64,000 nucleotides of DNA from Candidatus Heimdallarchaeota archaeon (GTDB taxonomy: Archaea; Asgardarchaeota; Heimdallarchaeia; JABLTI01). The notes below the pieces were generated by a model that saw only the letters and a program-made list of their open reading frames with translations, had not been told where the DNA came from and ran no database searches. Below, in pieces: positions 30,808 to 41,816 of the stretch. Position 1 is the stretch's first letter. Every line of letters starts with the position of its first letter. Both the position numbers and the translations under genes were made by a program. The stretch is from assembly GCA_018238155.1 (NCBI GenBank), contig JABCTZ010000006.1, positions 64,001-128,000 of the forward strand, given 5' to 3'.

Positions 30808-31809
30808 TTGTTTTATTATATTAGGTGGTATATTGTGAACAAGAAAATAATAATCATATTAATAACAAAAATATCGCTTATTACCATTTTAATGGTCAAT
30901 ACCACATCTATTCAATCAGCAGATCGATCATGGCATGCAGGTGAAGTGTATTTCTTTGGAAGCTCTTATGATATACACGAAATACTTAGAACTCATTCTC
31001 CTGATCTTCAAACAATTGTTGATATTAGTGGTGAAATGCAATTTTCTTATAATATCACTGGAATAGATTTAATACAAGAGAGATATCAAGCAATTTATAC
31101 AGATAATTCAGGACCATCCACTACTACAAATCGGCGCTTCATTTGGGAAGATTTTGTTGAACGTTATTTAGAGAATCTCTTTGATGCTACTTATGTGTGG
31201 GATTATGAACACAATAGCACAGTTCTCACTGGTTTTAGTATTTCTTCATCCAAATGGACTTTCATTGAACCACAGTGGGATAAGATAAATAGTGGATTCG
31301 CAAATGATTTTCTCAACACATCAGAAATTATTGCTACAGTAAATGATCCCTATTCTTCAGTCATTCACAACATTACTTTAGGTTCTTTTCTTAATGATAC
31401 AAGTTCATATACGATAATGGGGAAAGATAATTTAGAGGATGCTAAGAATAAATTCACAGAAAAAGTCACCAAGTGGTTTTTAGAGCTTGATTTAACCGGA
31501 CTTTTAATGACCGGTATTTATAATAGTACTTTAGGATACAATTTATATCATCCTGCTGAAAAAGCAACAATTTCCTATGAAGTTGAATATTCCAAAGGAG
31601 GGGTTTTGAATAAATTGCAACTAGGTAGTTTTTCAAATTATACATTCACTGATTATTCAGTTGAATCTTTGATGAATCACCTAACTGTTCTTGGTGGTAT
31701 AGAATCACTTGAAGGCAATTTTCCAATTTTAATGGTATTTCCCGCAATAATCTTTGTAGCTATTTTTGCGCTGAAAATTAGAAAAGAAAAGAATCGGAGG
31801 GTTTGGTGA
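30808..31809 (+). CDS. secreted anchored protein, paralog 1
   Basis: Signal peptide, C-terminal TM; WTFIEPQW, HNITLG, EYSKGGVL shared with the next gene. Confidence 0.8.
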   Translation: MFYYIRWYIVNKKIIIILITKISLITILMVNTTSIQSADRSWHAGEVYFFGSSYDIHEILRTHSPDLQTIVDISGEMQFSYNITGIDLIQERYQAIYTDNSGPSTTTNRRFIWEDFVERYLENLFDATYVWDYEHNSTVLTGFSISSSKWTFIEPQWDKINSGFANDFLNTSEIIATVNDPYSSVIHNITLGSFLNDTSSYTIMGKDNLEDAKNKFTEKVTKWFLELDLTGLLMTGIYNSTLGYNLYHPAEKATISYEVEYSKGGVLNKLQLGSFSNYTFTDYSVESLMNHLTVLGGIESLEGNFPILMVFPAIIFVAIFALKIRKEKNRRVW

Positions 31810-32789
31810 TTACTATGAAGCAAAACACAAAATTTTTCATGTTATTCCAATTAACAATACTAATTTTTGTAATGGTAAATCCAACAAATAGTCAAGCAAT
31901 AGGAGAATCTTGGGAAGCTGGGACCTTCTATACATTCAACACACGTGACCTTGAAAATTTTTCTTTCATCAATGAAAAGGAAGATACTGAATCGCATTCG
32001 GATACGTTAATTCTCAATGAGTTTAGTTTCAATATCACTAGTATTAACAATATTACAAAAAACTATGATAGAGATAGTTATGACTCTTATGGGAATGTAG
32101 CATCATCTACAAGTAGTTATGATACAGAAATTTTTAGTAATACAAGGTTAAGATTGAGTGACATGATACAAGCAAATTACGATTGGAATTATGAATTCAA
32201 TACAACTGTGCTTACATCTTTTACTTGTAATGTTAATCTAAATTCATGGTTTTTTATTGAACCAAACTGGACATTGATTAACAACAATTTTGTAAGTAAT
32301 TTCGTTGAATCAGAAATTATTTTTACTCTTTCTGATCCTTTCAACCCAATCATTCATAATTTTACCTTAGGCGATGTTCTCGATGACGCAGCATCATTTG
32401 CAATATTGGATAAGGATACTTTTCCAGAAATAAATCAGCAATTTGTAAACGGTATTTCTCGCTGGACATTTACATTTGATTTTTCAAACAGAATATATTT
32501 TGGAATCTTCAATAACACAATAGGTGAATTGTCATATCATCCATATGAAACCTACATAAAAACTCTTGAATTTGAATACTCATCTGGAGGGATTCTCAAG
32601 GAATACTTCCACAGAACCGAAGTTAAATATACTTCACTCAAACAAATTTTAATATATTTAGATGAAGATGGAGTTACATTTGGAGCTTTGCCAATATCTA
32701 CCCAAGATTCTAATTCTGCATACCTACTATCCATCCCTGCGATTCTCGTTGTAGCCATAGTTTACAAAAATCAAAAAAAGAAGAAATGA
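31803..32789 (+). CDS. secreted anchored protein, paralog 2
   Basis: WFFIEPNW, HNFTLG, EYSSGGIL. Confidence 0.8.
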   Translation: MVITMKQNTKFFMLFQLTILIFVMVNPTNSQAIGESWEAGTFYTFNTRDLENFSFINEKEDTESHSDTLILNEFSFNITSINNITKNYDRDSYDSYGNVASSTSSYDTEIFSNTRLRLSDMIQANYDWNYEFNTTVLTSFTCNVNLNSWFFIEPNWTLINNNFVSNFVESEIIFTLSDPFNPIIHNFTLGDVLDDAASFAILDKDTFPEINQQFVNGISRWTFTFDFSNRIYFGIFNNTIGELSYHPYETYIKTLEFEYSSGGILKEYFHRTEVKYTSLKQILIYLDEDGVTFGALPISTQDSNSAYLLSIPAILVVAIVYKNQKKKK

Positions 32790-33003
32790 TTTATCCTCTT
32801 TCTTCTTCTATTTTTCATTCAAATATAATTATAATAATATAGTGAATATCTAACAATGTAATTTAATTGAGAAATTAAAGAGAAAATTTATTTAGAGTTA
32901 CTTTTTAAACCATAATTATTAATATAAAATTAAGCATAGTAAGTGTACACAGTTGCATATTTAGTAAATTATATTTTTATCTACAAAAGGATGAAAAAGG
33001 TTA

Positions 33004-36000
33004 ATGAAACAAATCAAATTTAAATTATCTTTTACAAAAAAAGCTGTTCTTGTATTAGTCGTAATGTTATTTAGTTTAGTTTTTACTGGTTTTACATTTA
33101 ATCCACAACTAATAAGTGCACATTCACCAATAGCTTATCCTGCTGAAATATTTTCTATTTGGAATAATACATCCCCAACTCTTGATGGAAGTATAGATTT
33201 CAACCCTCAAAACACATCTAAGGAATGGGCTTATGCTGCTGTTTATGATTTATATGATGAAAATACCACTGTTAGTGGTAAATTGTTCTTACAAAATGAT
33301 AATGAAAGTTTCTTCATTGGATTAGATGTAATTTCATTTGAAACAGAAGATCCAGTAACAGATTGGGGTATGACTATTTATTTTGATGTTGATCATAATG
33401 GGTTCCTTTCAGATAGTGATAAATCAATCTACTTTGTATCAAATTCATCTGATGATTTTGTAATTTATCGTGATTATTCTATTTCAGAGCACGGTTGGAC
33501 TGTCATTGAAAGTAATAATCCTGAAACAAGTCTTCCAAGTGGTATCTATTTAGCAACTGATTTCTCTCAGTCTGCTTTTGAAAATGATACAGATCATAGG
33601 CAGTATGAGATTGAAGTACCTTTCACAACAATCTCAAGTGGTACTGGTAAAAGCTCAGGAATTGCTATTGAAGTAACAAACGATTTTGCAACAAATTCTG
33701 CAGGAATTACTTGGCCATTTATAGAAGATAATCTCTTCAACATCAGAACACAATCAAGTGTGTGGGGTGATATTTCTTTTGGTGAAAAAAACAGAAATAG
33801 TTTTGACTTTCTCATTGAGGATAATTTGAATGTTAAAGATTCAGCTATTGGCTACAATAATGGAACATACATAATCACAGCAGATATTGACGGAGACGGT
33901 GATTCTGAACTGATAGTTAGTTCTAATAGGTCCGTTTTAGGTGATAAAAATCTATTAGCAATATTCGATTACGTGAGTGGTGGTTATCAGAGGATCTGGT
34001 CTAGCTGGACAACGAGTCATCAAGATTTGATTGATTTTACAGTATTGGCGATGGCTGCATTTGATTTCGATGAAGATGGAAAAGATGAAATATTTGCAGT
34101 GGGGATTGATCGGTCTATTCTTAGATTTAATGATTGGAATAGCAGCAAAAGTGATTTTGAAACTAGTGAAGTCATTTTCGAACATTCTAATCCACTCATG
34201 GGTTATCTTGAAATTGGCGATGCTTCAAATGATTTTGAACCCGATTTGGTATTTGGTGATCAAAATGGTTATCTCAATATTTTAGAATATAGCAGTGGAA
34301 CAGACACATTCAATCACGATTCACGATCCCCCTCTAGAACGAAAATAGATGGATCATATCCATATAGAATACATGAAATTGAATTGGGAAATATCGATTC
34401 AGATAATCAAATTGAAATACTTTTTAATTATCAATACTCAGCTGATAACCAACTATCAGAAACGCTTCTATTGATCTATGAACGGTCTCCCGCAAAATAT
34501 CTCGATAATCTTGATGACGATTTGCCGGCTATTTCCTCAGTTACTACTGCTGATTACTTTGGTCATACAATTATTGTAGCAGATGTAGATAATGATTCAG
34601 TTAATGAAACTATTATTGTAGGTAAAAACTATTTGAGAGTTTTTGAGCAAAACTCTTTTACTGATTCTTCTCCACCACTGGAATTTTTGGTAAATGATGA
34701 AACAACAGAACCATTAATGGCTGGCGGTGCAACTGTTGGAGACATTAATAATGATGGAATAAATGAGCTGATATTTGGTGCTAACAATGGTACTCTCTAT
34801 ATTGGTCGCGTAGTAGATAATGGAACAGCATTAAGTTTTCATTTGAATTGGTCTGCGGACTTAGGAAGCAGCTTAGGGTACCATGGTTCAATGCTCGTTG
34901 AGGATTTCGATGGAGATGGAATAAATGAGCTTGCCGTAGGTGATAATTCCGGTCAAATTTTTATTATTGGTAAAGGAGATGCACCTGAACTAACTATTAC
35001 AAATCCAAGTTCTGGCTATGTTTCTTCACAAGATCATATCCTTGTTACTTGGGATGCTTCGGATGATCATCAAGCATTGCACTACGTTGATATTTATGTT
35101 AATGGTATTTTCACAAATAGACTTGGTGGAGCACAAACAGGGACAATTGTTTACCTGTCTCCCGGTCAAAATAGTATTGAAGTTGATGCCAATGATTTCT
35201 CAGGATTAAATACAAGTAAAATCATAACTGTGAAATTTAATGTGAAAGCACCACAAGTAACAATTACAACTCCTACAAACTATTTCGAAACATCTCTTAG
35301 TTATGTTGACATAACCTACTATAATACTGATCCAGATGGGGACTTTGATCACTATAAAATATTTCTCAATGGTGATGAAATAGAAAATGATACTATCGAT
35401 GAATCTTATCGTTTAGATTTATCTTCTAGTGGTGAAGGGGAAATGAATATTACCATTGTAGCTATTGATGATACTTTACTTGAAGGTCGAGCATCATTAT
35501 TTATCATCAGAGATATTTCTGCTCCAAATTTAACGATTTCATCACCTAGTGATGGTGCAGCAATTAAGACCTCAGAGCTAGAATTTACTTGGACAGCTAA
35601 TGATACACATACTGATGTTGAATATTTTGATATCAAAGTTGATGGAGTGCTTTATGATACTACAACAGATTATTCAGCAACCATAAATTTTGGAATAGAT
35701 AAAGAATTTCTTGTTGAAATTATTGCCTATGATTCACTAGGACATAGTGTTACTAGTTCAGTTACAATAACTCGAGATCTGGTTTCTCCAACTGTTTCTT
35801 TTGATCCTATAGGTTTGCCAAAGCTAATAGATGGAACTTTTTATACTAATAATCCAAATCTCTTTCTTTCATGGAATGCTACGGATAATGAATTTGGTTC
35901 TGGAATTATTTCAAGTAGAATAACAATTAATGGTCTGTTATATGATACTTATCCTGCGGAAACACAAGAAGCAACAATTAATCTTGGAAATGATAGCTAT

Positions 36001-38541
36001 AAGAATATCTATGTTATCACTTATGATAAAGCAGGAAATTCTGCGGAAAATAATTTTGCCGTAATTCTTGATAGACTTGCACCAACATTATTGATTGACA
36101 ATCCTGAAAATAATTTTACTTCTGGATTAAATTATACAATTGTCACATGGAATGCAAATGATGCAGGTGTTGGTGTTCTCAAGTATGATATCCTTATTGA
36201 TGGTGCAATTGATGTAACAATAGCAGATCCTGATACTAATCTATACTACGTTTTGCTTCCAATTCCTAAAACCTATAATATCACTGTTAGAGTAACAGAT
36301 GTTCTAGGGTACTCTTTTGAACAAACAATTAATGTTACTTATGATCCTCTTGCACCAACCATTCTCATCACCAGTCCTACTAGCATGGAAAGTTATTCCA
36401 ATTCTTCAACGATTACTGTAAATTGGGATATTAACAACTTAATTATTGATCATTTCGAAATTTATTACAATGATACACATGTTGGTAATTACACAAGCAC
36501 TATTTTTACCGCCGAAATTTATTTTGCTGATATCATTCCTAATGAATATCAAGTGTATAATGTTACGATTTATGCAATTACTACTGAAGCAAAAATATAC
36601 TCAGATTTTCATTGGATAATAATTGATCAAGTAGCACCTACGATTTCTATTTCAAGTCCAGGTTCAATTAATCCAATTCTCGACTATGACCTTCAAATTG
36701 AATGGTTTGGTGAGGATGAAAAATCAGGAATAGAAATATTTGTAATTGAAATTAGTACAACGTCAATTATTAAGAGCTCTAACAGTGTGAGTCACATATT
36801 AGATGTAACTGGTTTAGATGGATTTTATAACCTAACAATTATCGCTAGTGATGTTGCGGGAAACAAAGCAAGTGATACAGTAGAGATTCAAATAGCTCTT
36901 CTTATACCCGATTTTATTACAACCTTGGAACCAATAACTATTCAAAATGATTTTGAAATTCAGTTTAATTTAACAATAACTAATCCTAGACTAGGCATAA
37001 AATCTATTAGCATTTATGCAGATGGAAGTGAAAATGTTTACACAGTTAGTTATGGAACTAATTATGTTACAGTTCCTTTTTGGTTGCTTGTCAATACTTC
37101 TGCAAGTGATTTTCAAGGAAATTCGGGTCTTCACAACATGTCAATATCTGTTATTGATAGAGTAAATCGTGAGACTAAGAAAAATTATGCTGTGGTTATA
37201 GATCAGGAGAATCCCGAATTTTGGCCTGGACAAGATCCTGTTCTGGGTTCTATCGTGCTAAGCACCTCAACAAACGAGGTATTTTGGAATGATGAACCAA
37301 GTTCAAACATCTATGATCTGAAAATTTTTATTAAAGAATTATATGGCTTGAGCGGTGTAAATATCTCTATTGTTGGAGATGGATATGATGAAACGTATCA
37401 AATGATTCATAATGTTGTAAACTCTCATGATGAGCATCATCAATATGATATAAAACTGGATTTCAATGATTTGTCTATTGGGGACTACTCGCTAATCTTT
37501 TCTTTCAAAGATACTGCTGGAAATAGTAATAATAAAGCATTTTCCTTGTCGCTTAAAGCAGCTGCAATTCCTACAACACCTACGACTGTTATAGAACCAA
37601 CCAATTCATTTCTGTACATTATACTTGGTGCTTCTCTTGCCATTGTACTTGCATTTGTTTTTTCTCTAACTCTGAGGCAACCTCTAAGCAATATCGGTTG
37701 GCAAAAGGAATTAGTTGTTGTTGTATTTGTACTAAGATCGGGTCTAACCGCAGTTTTTGTTCCTTATTCTCATGAAATAACTACTGATGAACAATTATTT
37801 GGAGGTGCTATGAGTGGAATTCGTGGTATACTTGAGGAAATAATTGGAATGCGTGGAAAAGCGGAAGTAGAGAAAGTAGAATTTGGTGATAAAACGCTAT
37901 TGATTTGCCCTGGAGAATTTGGCGATGCAGTTCTTCTAGTGCATAAAGATAAACCAATCCATTCCAAGCTTTTATCAAATTTTGCTGCTGCATTTGAAGA
38001 AGAATATGTCGATGCACTTCAAAATGACACTCATGTTAATTTTAGCCAATATGAAGGCACTATTGAGCTTATAGAGAGCTTTTTTGGTCCCATAGAAGAT
38101 TTGGATTTACAACTGCCTTTGCAAGCTGAAGTTGTAACAAACGCAGAAATTGTTGAACCAATGAAAATAGATCCTAAAGAATCCTTGCTAGGGTCATTTT
38201 ATCAAGAGATATTTGCTACAAATGATCAATTCATTGAGATTTCTGATAAAACAAAGGTATTCATTGGTGATGCGATAATCTTGGTTGAACAATCACTTAA
38301 TGCACTTATATCACGTGATTTCAAGATGGCTGAGGGAAAAGCTAAAACAGCATTGAAGAGTTTAGAATTTGCTCGACAATCAAAAGAACCTGTGGGTGAT
38401 TTTTCCAAACTTATAAGAGTGCTACCAAGAATAGCAGAGATTGTTTTGAATGGTGCAGAAAGTAGTAAAAGAGGGGATACAAAGGAAGTGCACATGGCAA
38501 TAGAAATGGCTTCCCAATTATTCTTAGAACAGATAACATAA
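33004..38541 (+). CDS. large single-pass surface protein: CBM9/DOMON-like, FG-GAP/VCBS propeller, Ig-like repeats, TM, cytoplasmic longin/roadblock-like domain
   Basis: PTLDG..EW; repeated DxDxDGxxE loops; APxxxIxSP...YDKAGN Ig repeats; TM FLYIILGASLAIVLAFVF; RSGL...DEQLFGGAMSGIRGILEEI. Confidence 0.85.
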   Translation: MKQIKFKLSFTKKAVLVLVVMLFSLVFTGFTFNPQLISAHSPIAYPAEIFSIWNNTSPTLDGSIDFNPQNTSKEWAYAAVYDLYDENTTVSGKLFLQNDNESFFIGLDVISFETEDPVTDWGMTIYFDVDHNGFLSDSDKSIYFVSNSSDDFVIYRDYSISEHGWTVIESNNPETSLPSGIYLATDFSQSAFENDTDHRQYEIEVPFTTISSGTGKSSGIAIEVTNDFATNSAGITWPFIEDNLFNIRTQSSVWGDISFGEKNRNSFDFLIEDNLNVKDSAIGYNNGTYIITADIDGDGDSELIVSSNRSVLGDKNLLAIFDYVSGGYQRIWSSWTTSHQDLIDFTVLAMAAFDFDEDGKDEIFAVGIDRSILRFNDWNSSKSDFETSEVIFEHSNPLMGYLEIGDASNDFEPDLVFGDQNGYLNILEYSSGTDTFNHDSRSPSRTKIDGSYPYRIHEIELGNIDSDNQIEILFNYQYSADNQLSETLLLIYERSPAKYLDNLDDDLPAISSVTTADYFGHTIIVADVDNDSVNETIIVGKNYLRVFEQNSFTDSSPPLEFLVNDETTEPLMAGGATVGDINNDGINELIFGANNGTLYIGRVVDNGTALSFHLNWSADLGSSLGYHGSMLVEDFDGDGINELAVGDNSGQIFIIGKGDAPELTITNPSSGYVSSQDHILVTWDASDDHQALHYVDIYVNGIFTNRLGGAQTGTIVYLSPGQNSIEVDANDFSGLNTSKIITVKFNVKAPQVTITTPTNYFETSLSYVDITYYNTDPDGDFDHYKIFLNGDEIENDTIDESYRLDLSSSGEGEMNITIVAIDDTLLEGRASLFIIRDISAPNLTISSPSDGAAIKTSELEFTWTANDTHTDVEYFDIKVDGVLYDTTTDYSATINFGIDKEFLVEIIAYDSLGHSVTSSVTITRDLVSPTVSFDPIGLPKLIDGTFYTNNPNLFLSWNATDNEFGSGIISSRITINGLLYDTYPAETQEATINLGNDSYKNIYVITYDKAGNSAENNFAVILDRLAPTLLIDNPENNFTSGLNYTIVTWNANDAGVGVLKYDILIDGAIDVTIADPDTNLYYVLLPIPKTYNITVRVTDVLGYSFEQTINVTYDPLAPTILITSPTSMESYSNSSTITVNWDINNLIIDHFEIYYNDTHVGNYTSTIFTAEIYFADIIPNEYQVYNVTIYAITTEAKIYSDFHWIIIDQVAPTISISSPGSINPILDYDLQIEWFGEDEKSGIEIFVIEISTTSIIKSSNSVSHILDVTGLDGFYNLTIIASDVAGNKASDTVEIQIALLIPDFITTLEPITIQNDFEIQFNLTITNPRLGIKSISIYADGSENVYTVSYGTNYVTVPFWLLVNTSASDFQGNSGLHNMSISVIDRVNRETKKNYAVVIDQENPEFWPGQDPVLGSIVLSTSTNEVFWNDEPSSNIYDLKIFIKELYGLSGVNISIVGDGYDETYQMIHNVVNSHDEHHQYDIKLDFNDLSIGDYSLIFSFKDTAGNSNNKAFSLSLKAAAIPTTPTTVIEPTNSFLYIILGASLAIVLAFVFSLTLRQPLSNIGWQKELVVVVFVLRSGLTAVFVPYSHEITTDEQLFGGAMSGIRGILEEIIGMRGKAEVEKVEFGDKTLLICPGEFGDAVLLVHKDKPIHSKLLSNFAAAFEEEYVDALQNDTHVNFSQYEGTIELIESFFGPIEDLDLQLPLQAEVVTNAEIVEPMKIDPKESLLGSFYQEIFATNDQFIEISDKTKVFIGDAIILVEQSLNALISRDFKMAEGKAKTALKSLEFARQSKEPVGDFSKLIRVLPRIAEIVLNGAESSKRGDTKEVHMAIEMASQLFLEQIT

Positions 38542-38650
38542 ATGCTTGTCAAATGATAAACATCTTGATAATTATTTACTACAAAGATAATGAAGCGAAG
38601 AGATTGAGGGACAATCTTCTTCTATTTTTTTCTCTCAAAACAAATTCTAA

Positions 38651-39082
38651 TCAAGGCTCAGGAATTGTTTTAGTTTTGTCACCTACTATTGCTTGTAATT
38701 CTTCTAGTGTGCATGGTCCTTCAGTAGGCACATAAGTTAATCTAACTTTCAACCAATAGAGTGCCCATTTTGCACCATGTAGTACTATTTCATCTTCTTC
38801 TCTTTTGGTTATATTCTCTAAAACCTTCTGAACATTTCTGCCACCAATTCTTCCTAGAGACCAGGTAGCAAAAGAGCGTCTTCGCCAATCTGAATCATTT
38901 TTCAAGATTTCACTAAGTGTACCACTGGCTTTTTCTGCTTTGGTTTCCATATTACCAAATTCTCAGATAATAGTACATTGTTTAGAATTAGTTTGTGTAT
39001 TCACAAATTCTTGCAGCATCTCCTTAGTTTGAACTATACTTTTTGACCCCGATACTATATCTGATAATATCAAATATTGCAT
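38651..39082 (-). pseudogene. HEAT-repeat protein with in-frame TGA at 38963-38965
   Basis: RRSFATWSLGRIG and GAKWAL repeats; frame continues upstream through II*EFGNM to ATG 39082. Confidence 0.6.
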
Positions 39083-39191
39083 CTACTTATCATCCATACT
39101 TAACTTTCCATTTAAAATCAGGTTTTTTCATTCATCTATACACTAATCTGATTCTATTTCAATCTGAAATGGTTTTCTAGAATAGATTTGA

Positions 39192-39368
39192 TTATCCTTT
39201 AATACGAGGATCGTCAACTATCTGAATTCTATTTTCTTCTGAGTCTTTTAGATTGAAATAGGAGATAATATTGGAATTATCGTAAATCTCTGTTGGCTTC
39301 AGACCTTGTTTGATGAAATATCCTCTGGTTTCTTCTAAATTTTCAACTTCGAAAGTTAAAACACCTTG
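39192..39368 (-). pseudogene. VOC/glyoxalase-family C-terminal remnant
   Basis: Hand translation QGVLTFEVENLEETRGYF...ISYFNLKDSEENRIQIV; no start codon. Confidence 0.6.
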
Positions 39369-39635
39369 CTAAATAAATTTTGAACGTTAAAAGTAGACAA
39401 TTCTAAGGCGAATTGAAATAAATATTTAATTGGATAAATCAAAAATTCAAATGTCAGGATATTTAGTATAATTACTTAAAATCTGAGATGAATAGAATTG
39501 CAAGCTGAAAATCGTTTAATTTCAATGAGAAGAATAGTTGATTTTGGCATACTTTTGTTGCAGTAAAAAAGAAAATACCGCTAAATCATAAACAAAAAAA
39601 TTCTCTTGTTTGTGTCAATTAAAATTAGCATTCAT

Positions 39636-40220
39636 CTAGGTAAAATCTGCAAGACCCCAAAAGAAAGTAAAATCGGCATTCATAATGGATTCTTGAGTAT
39701 CTTCCTTCTCATCAACTTCTTTGATTTTAGCCCAAAGTGCAGTAAATTCTTGCTTTACCCTATCTAATTTTTCTTTGGAACAAAACCACATGCCAATTTT
39801 ATGAACTGGCGTTTTCTCAGATTCCTTGAATTGTCTTTCTGACATCATGCTTAATTGATTTATTTCCCGCTGCATTAAACTATTTGCAATTAACAAGGAG
39901 AAAACTCTAAACTCTCTTTCCTTACCTTCAAGTTCCTTTTTATCTACTTGATACAAATCGAAGAAATTCAGAAGGATATGATAATGCTTCAAACCTTCAC
40001 TCCTTTTGACATTAATAATTGAATATTCTTCTAGTAATTTAAGATGATAATACATAGCTGTTTTTTGAATCAAAATGACATTCATTAATTCTTTAGCAGT
40101 AATTCCTGGCTTTCTCAAAACTTCAAACCAAATGGCAACTCGAGTAGGATCCAGCATTACTTTTCTAATTAGCTCAAAAATTTCATGTGTTGCCAAAGAT
40201 TGGCTGTTCATTTCTGCCAT
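39636..40220 (-). CDS. ArsR-like winged-helix regulator
   Basis: DPTRVAI...ITAKEL...AMYYHLKLLEEYSII. Confidence 0.8.
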   Translation of the reverse strand: MAEMNSQSLATHEIFELIRKVMLDPTRVAIWFEVLRKPGITAKELMNVILIQKTAMYYHLKLLEEYSIINVKRSEGLKHYHILLNFFDLYQVDKKELEGKEREFRVFSLLIANSLMQREINQLSMMSERQFKESEKTPVHKIGMWFCSKEKLDRVKQEFTALWAKIKEVDEKEDTQESIMNADFTFFWGLADFT

Positions 40221-40341
40221 TTCATTATCACAATACTAATTTTAATTTGATATATTATTAAGTTTACTCCTATGTTTAGGAAAGGGTTCAATTATCTTTC
40301 CTATATATGGGAAAATATTCTCTTACTCTGATTAGAGTGTA

Positions 40342-40569
40342 TTGGGAAAAGTGGTGCAAATGGAAATTGATTGTAAAATAGAAAAAATTACTGCTCGAAC
40401 TGCAATAAGTAGAAGCTTTATAGATAAAAGCGATACGCAAACAAATTTGGATGTTATTGAATTTTATGATTATCTAATTCTTATTGATCCCTCACCAAAT
40501 GAGGACGCTGCAAAGATAATGAAATCTCTAATAAAAGAGAAATATAAAAAACCAGTGATTTTCCAATGA
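40342..40569 (+). pseudogene. truncated N-terminus of an MBL-fold protein
   Basis: TNLDVIEF..LILID...KYKKPV, stopping just before the expected THxHxDH. Confidence 0.5.
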
Positions 40570-40587
40570 AAAAAGGAAAAGAGAACA

Positions 40588-41757
40588 TTAGCGATAATAA
40601 TGTACTGCTAATGCTTCATCAAATAGTGAAGTTGGATCTGCAGGCAAAGTAGTGGCATTATCAATAACCTGTAAAAGTAGTTCTCGATCGCCAATCATCT
40701 TAATCATGATTACTTTGTTGTAATAGATTGGAAAACTGAATTCTTCACAGAAATAATAGTAGATATCGCCATCATTTGTTACTTGGCTAAAATTACGATT
40801 CATAAAACCACTATTAGTAGGATTAAATCTTTGAACTCTTCTATCCCAAGTAGAGTTCTCAGCATTACCTATCGAGATTACTCCTTTTGAGGCATTTATA
40901 TTACTGTAAACTAATGCAAGGCCTCGCTCTTCTGCTTCATGACCAGTCCAACCTTCACGTGCCCAAATACCCTGTGCTGTATTTGGTACATCAAAATCAA
41001 TTTTTCCACAATGACCAAGGGGATACACAGGTCCACCCCAACCTCCAAGTTTATCCAATAGAGCCTCTTTTAAAGTATCAGTGAAATAAGCTAAAGGACA
41101 GACTGTATTTTGAAAAGTACTAGAAATATCAGCATTCACCCATTCTAAATTGACTCGAGTATCTTTTAACCAGAAATCAAATCCACCGCCACCTATACAT
41201 GCTCTTCCTAAAAGCTGTCCGGCATCAACATCAATACGAATTGTTTTCTCAAATCTTGTGTATGTTCTACCATCAATTTCATAGGAATTCTCATTATCGC
41301 CATATTCTGAACCAAACTCGCCTGTAATATCACTAAGAAAAGTGCTAATATTGTTTACATGTCCAAATCGTCCAGAAATTTTTGAGCATACTACAAAATC
41401 GATAGAGTAATCAATTGTTACTCCACCAATTTGTGGTGGATCATATTCCACTTTAGATATTTCAGTAATTGAAATATTTCCCGGAGCGTAAATCTCAAAA
41501 CCATCAGGCCAAGCAGTAGAATTTGTATTAAAATACATATGATCTGTAGGATAGGTATGTCCAGGTGGATTTAGATTTCCCAATGGAATGATTGATACTA
41601 AGCGATTCATATCTACAGGATAACTAGTAAATGGCTTATCTTCACAAGGAATAAGAAAGTCAGGATTATACAAGAAAAAATGTGTTAAAAATCCTGATGT
41701 TCCAAGGACTATTATGATAGATGTGACTATAACAAGAATCTTTATTCCTTTCTTCAT
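40588..41757 (-). CDS. N-terminally anchored secreted protein, M23-like fold possible
   Basis: GHTYPTDH, IYAPG, FGHV, VDAGQLLG. Confidence 0.55.
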   Translation of the reverse strand: MKKGIKILVIVTSIIIVLGTSGFLTHFFLYNPDFLIPCEDKPFTSYPVDMNRLVSIIPLGNLNPPGHTYPTDHMYFNTNSTAWPDGFEIYAPGNISITEISKVEYDPPQIGGVTIDYSIDFVVCSKISGRFGHVNNISTFLSDITGEFGSEYGDNENSYEIDGRTYTRFEKTIRIDVDAGQLLGRACIGGGGFDFWLKDTRVNLEWVNADISSTFQNTVCPLAYFTDTLKEALLDKLGGWGGPVYPLGHCGKIDFDVPNTAQGIWAREGWTGHEAEERGLALVYSNINASKGVISIGNAENSTWDRRVQRFNPTNSGFMNRNFSQVTNDGDIYYYFCEEFSFPIYYNKVIMIKMIGDRELLLQVIDNATTLPADPTSLFDEALAVHYYR

Positions 41758-41816
41758 AATTCTTAAACTAGACTAAACAACAAAAAGTTTGTGATATGGA
41801 AAAAGAGTATGGAAAG

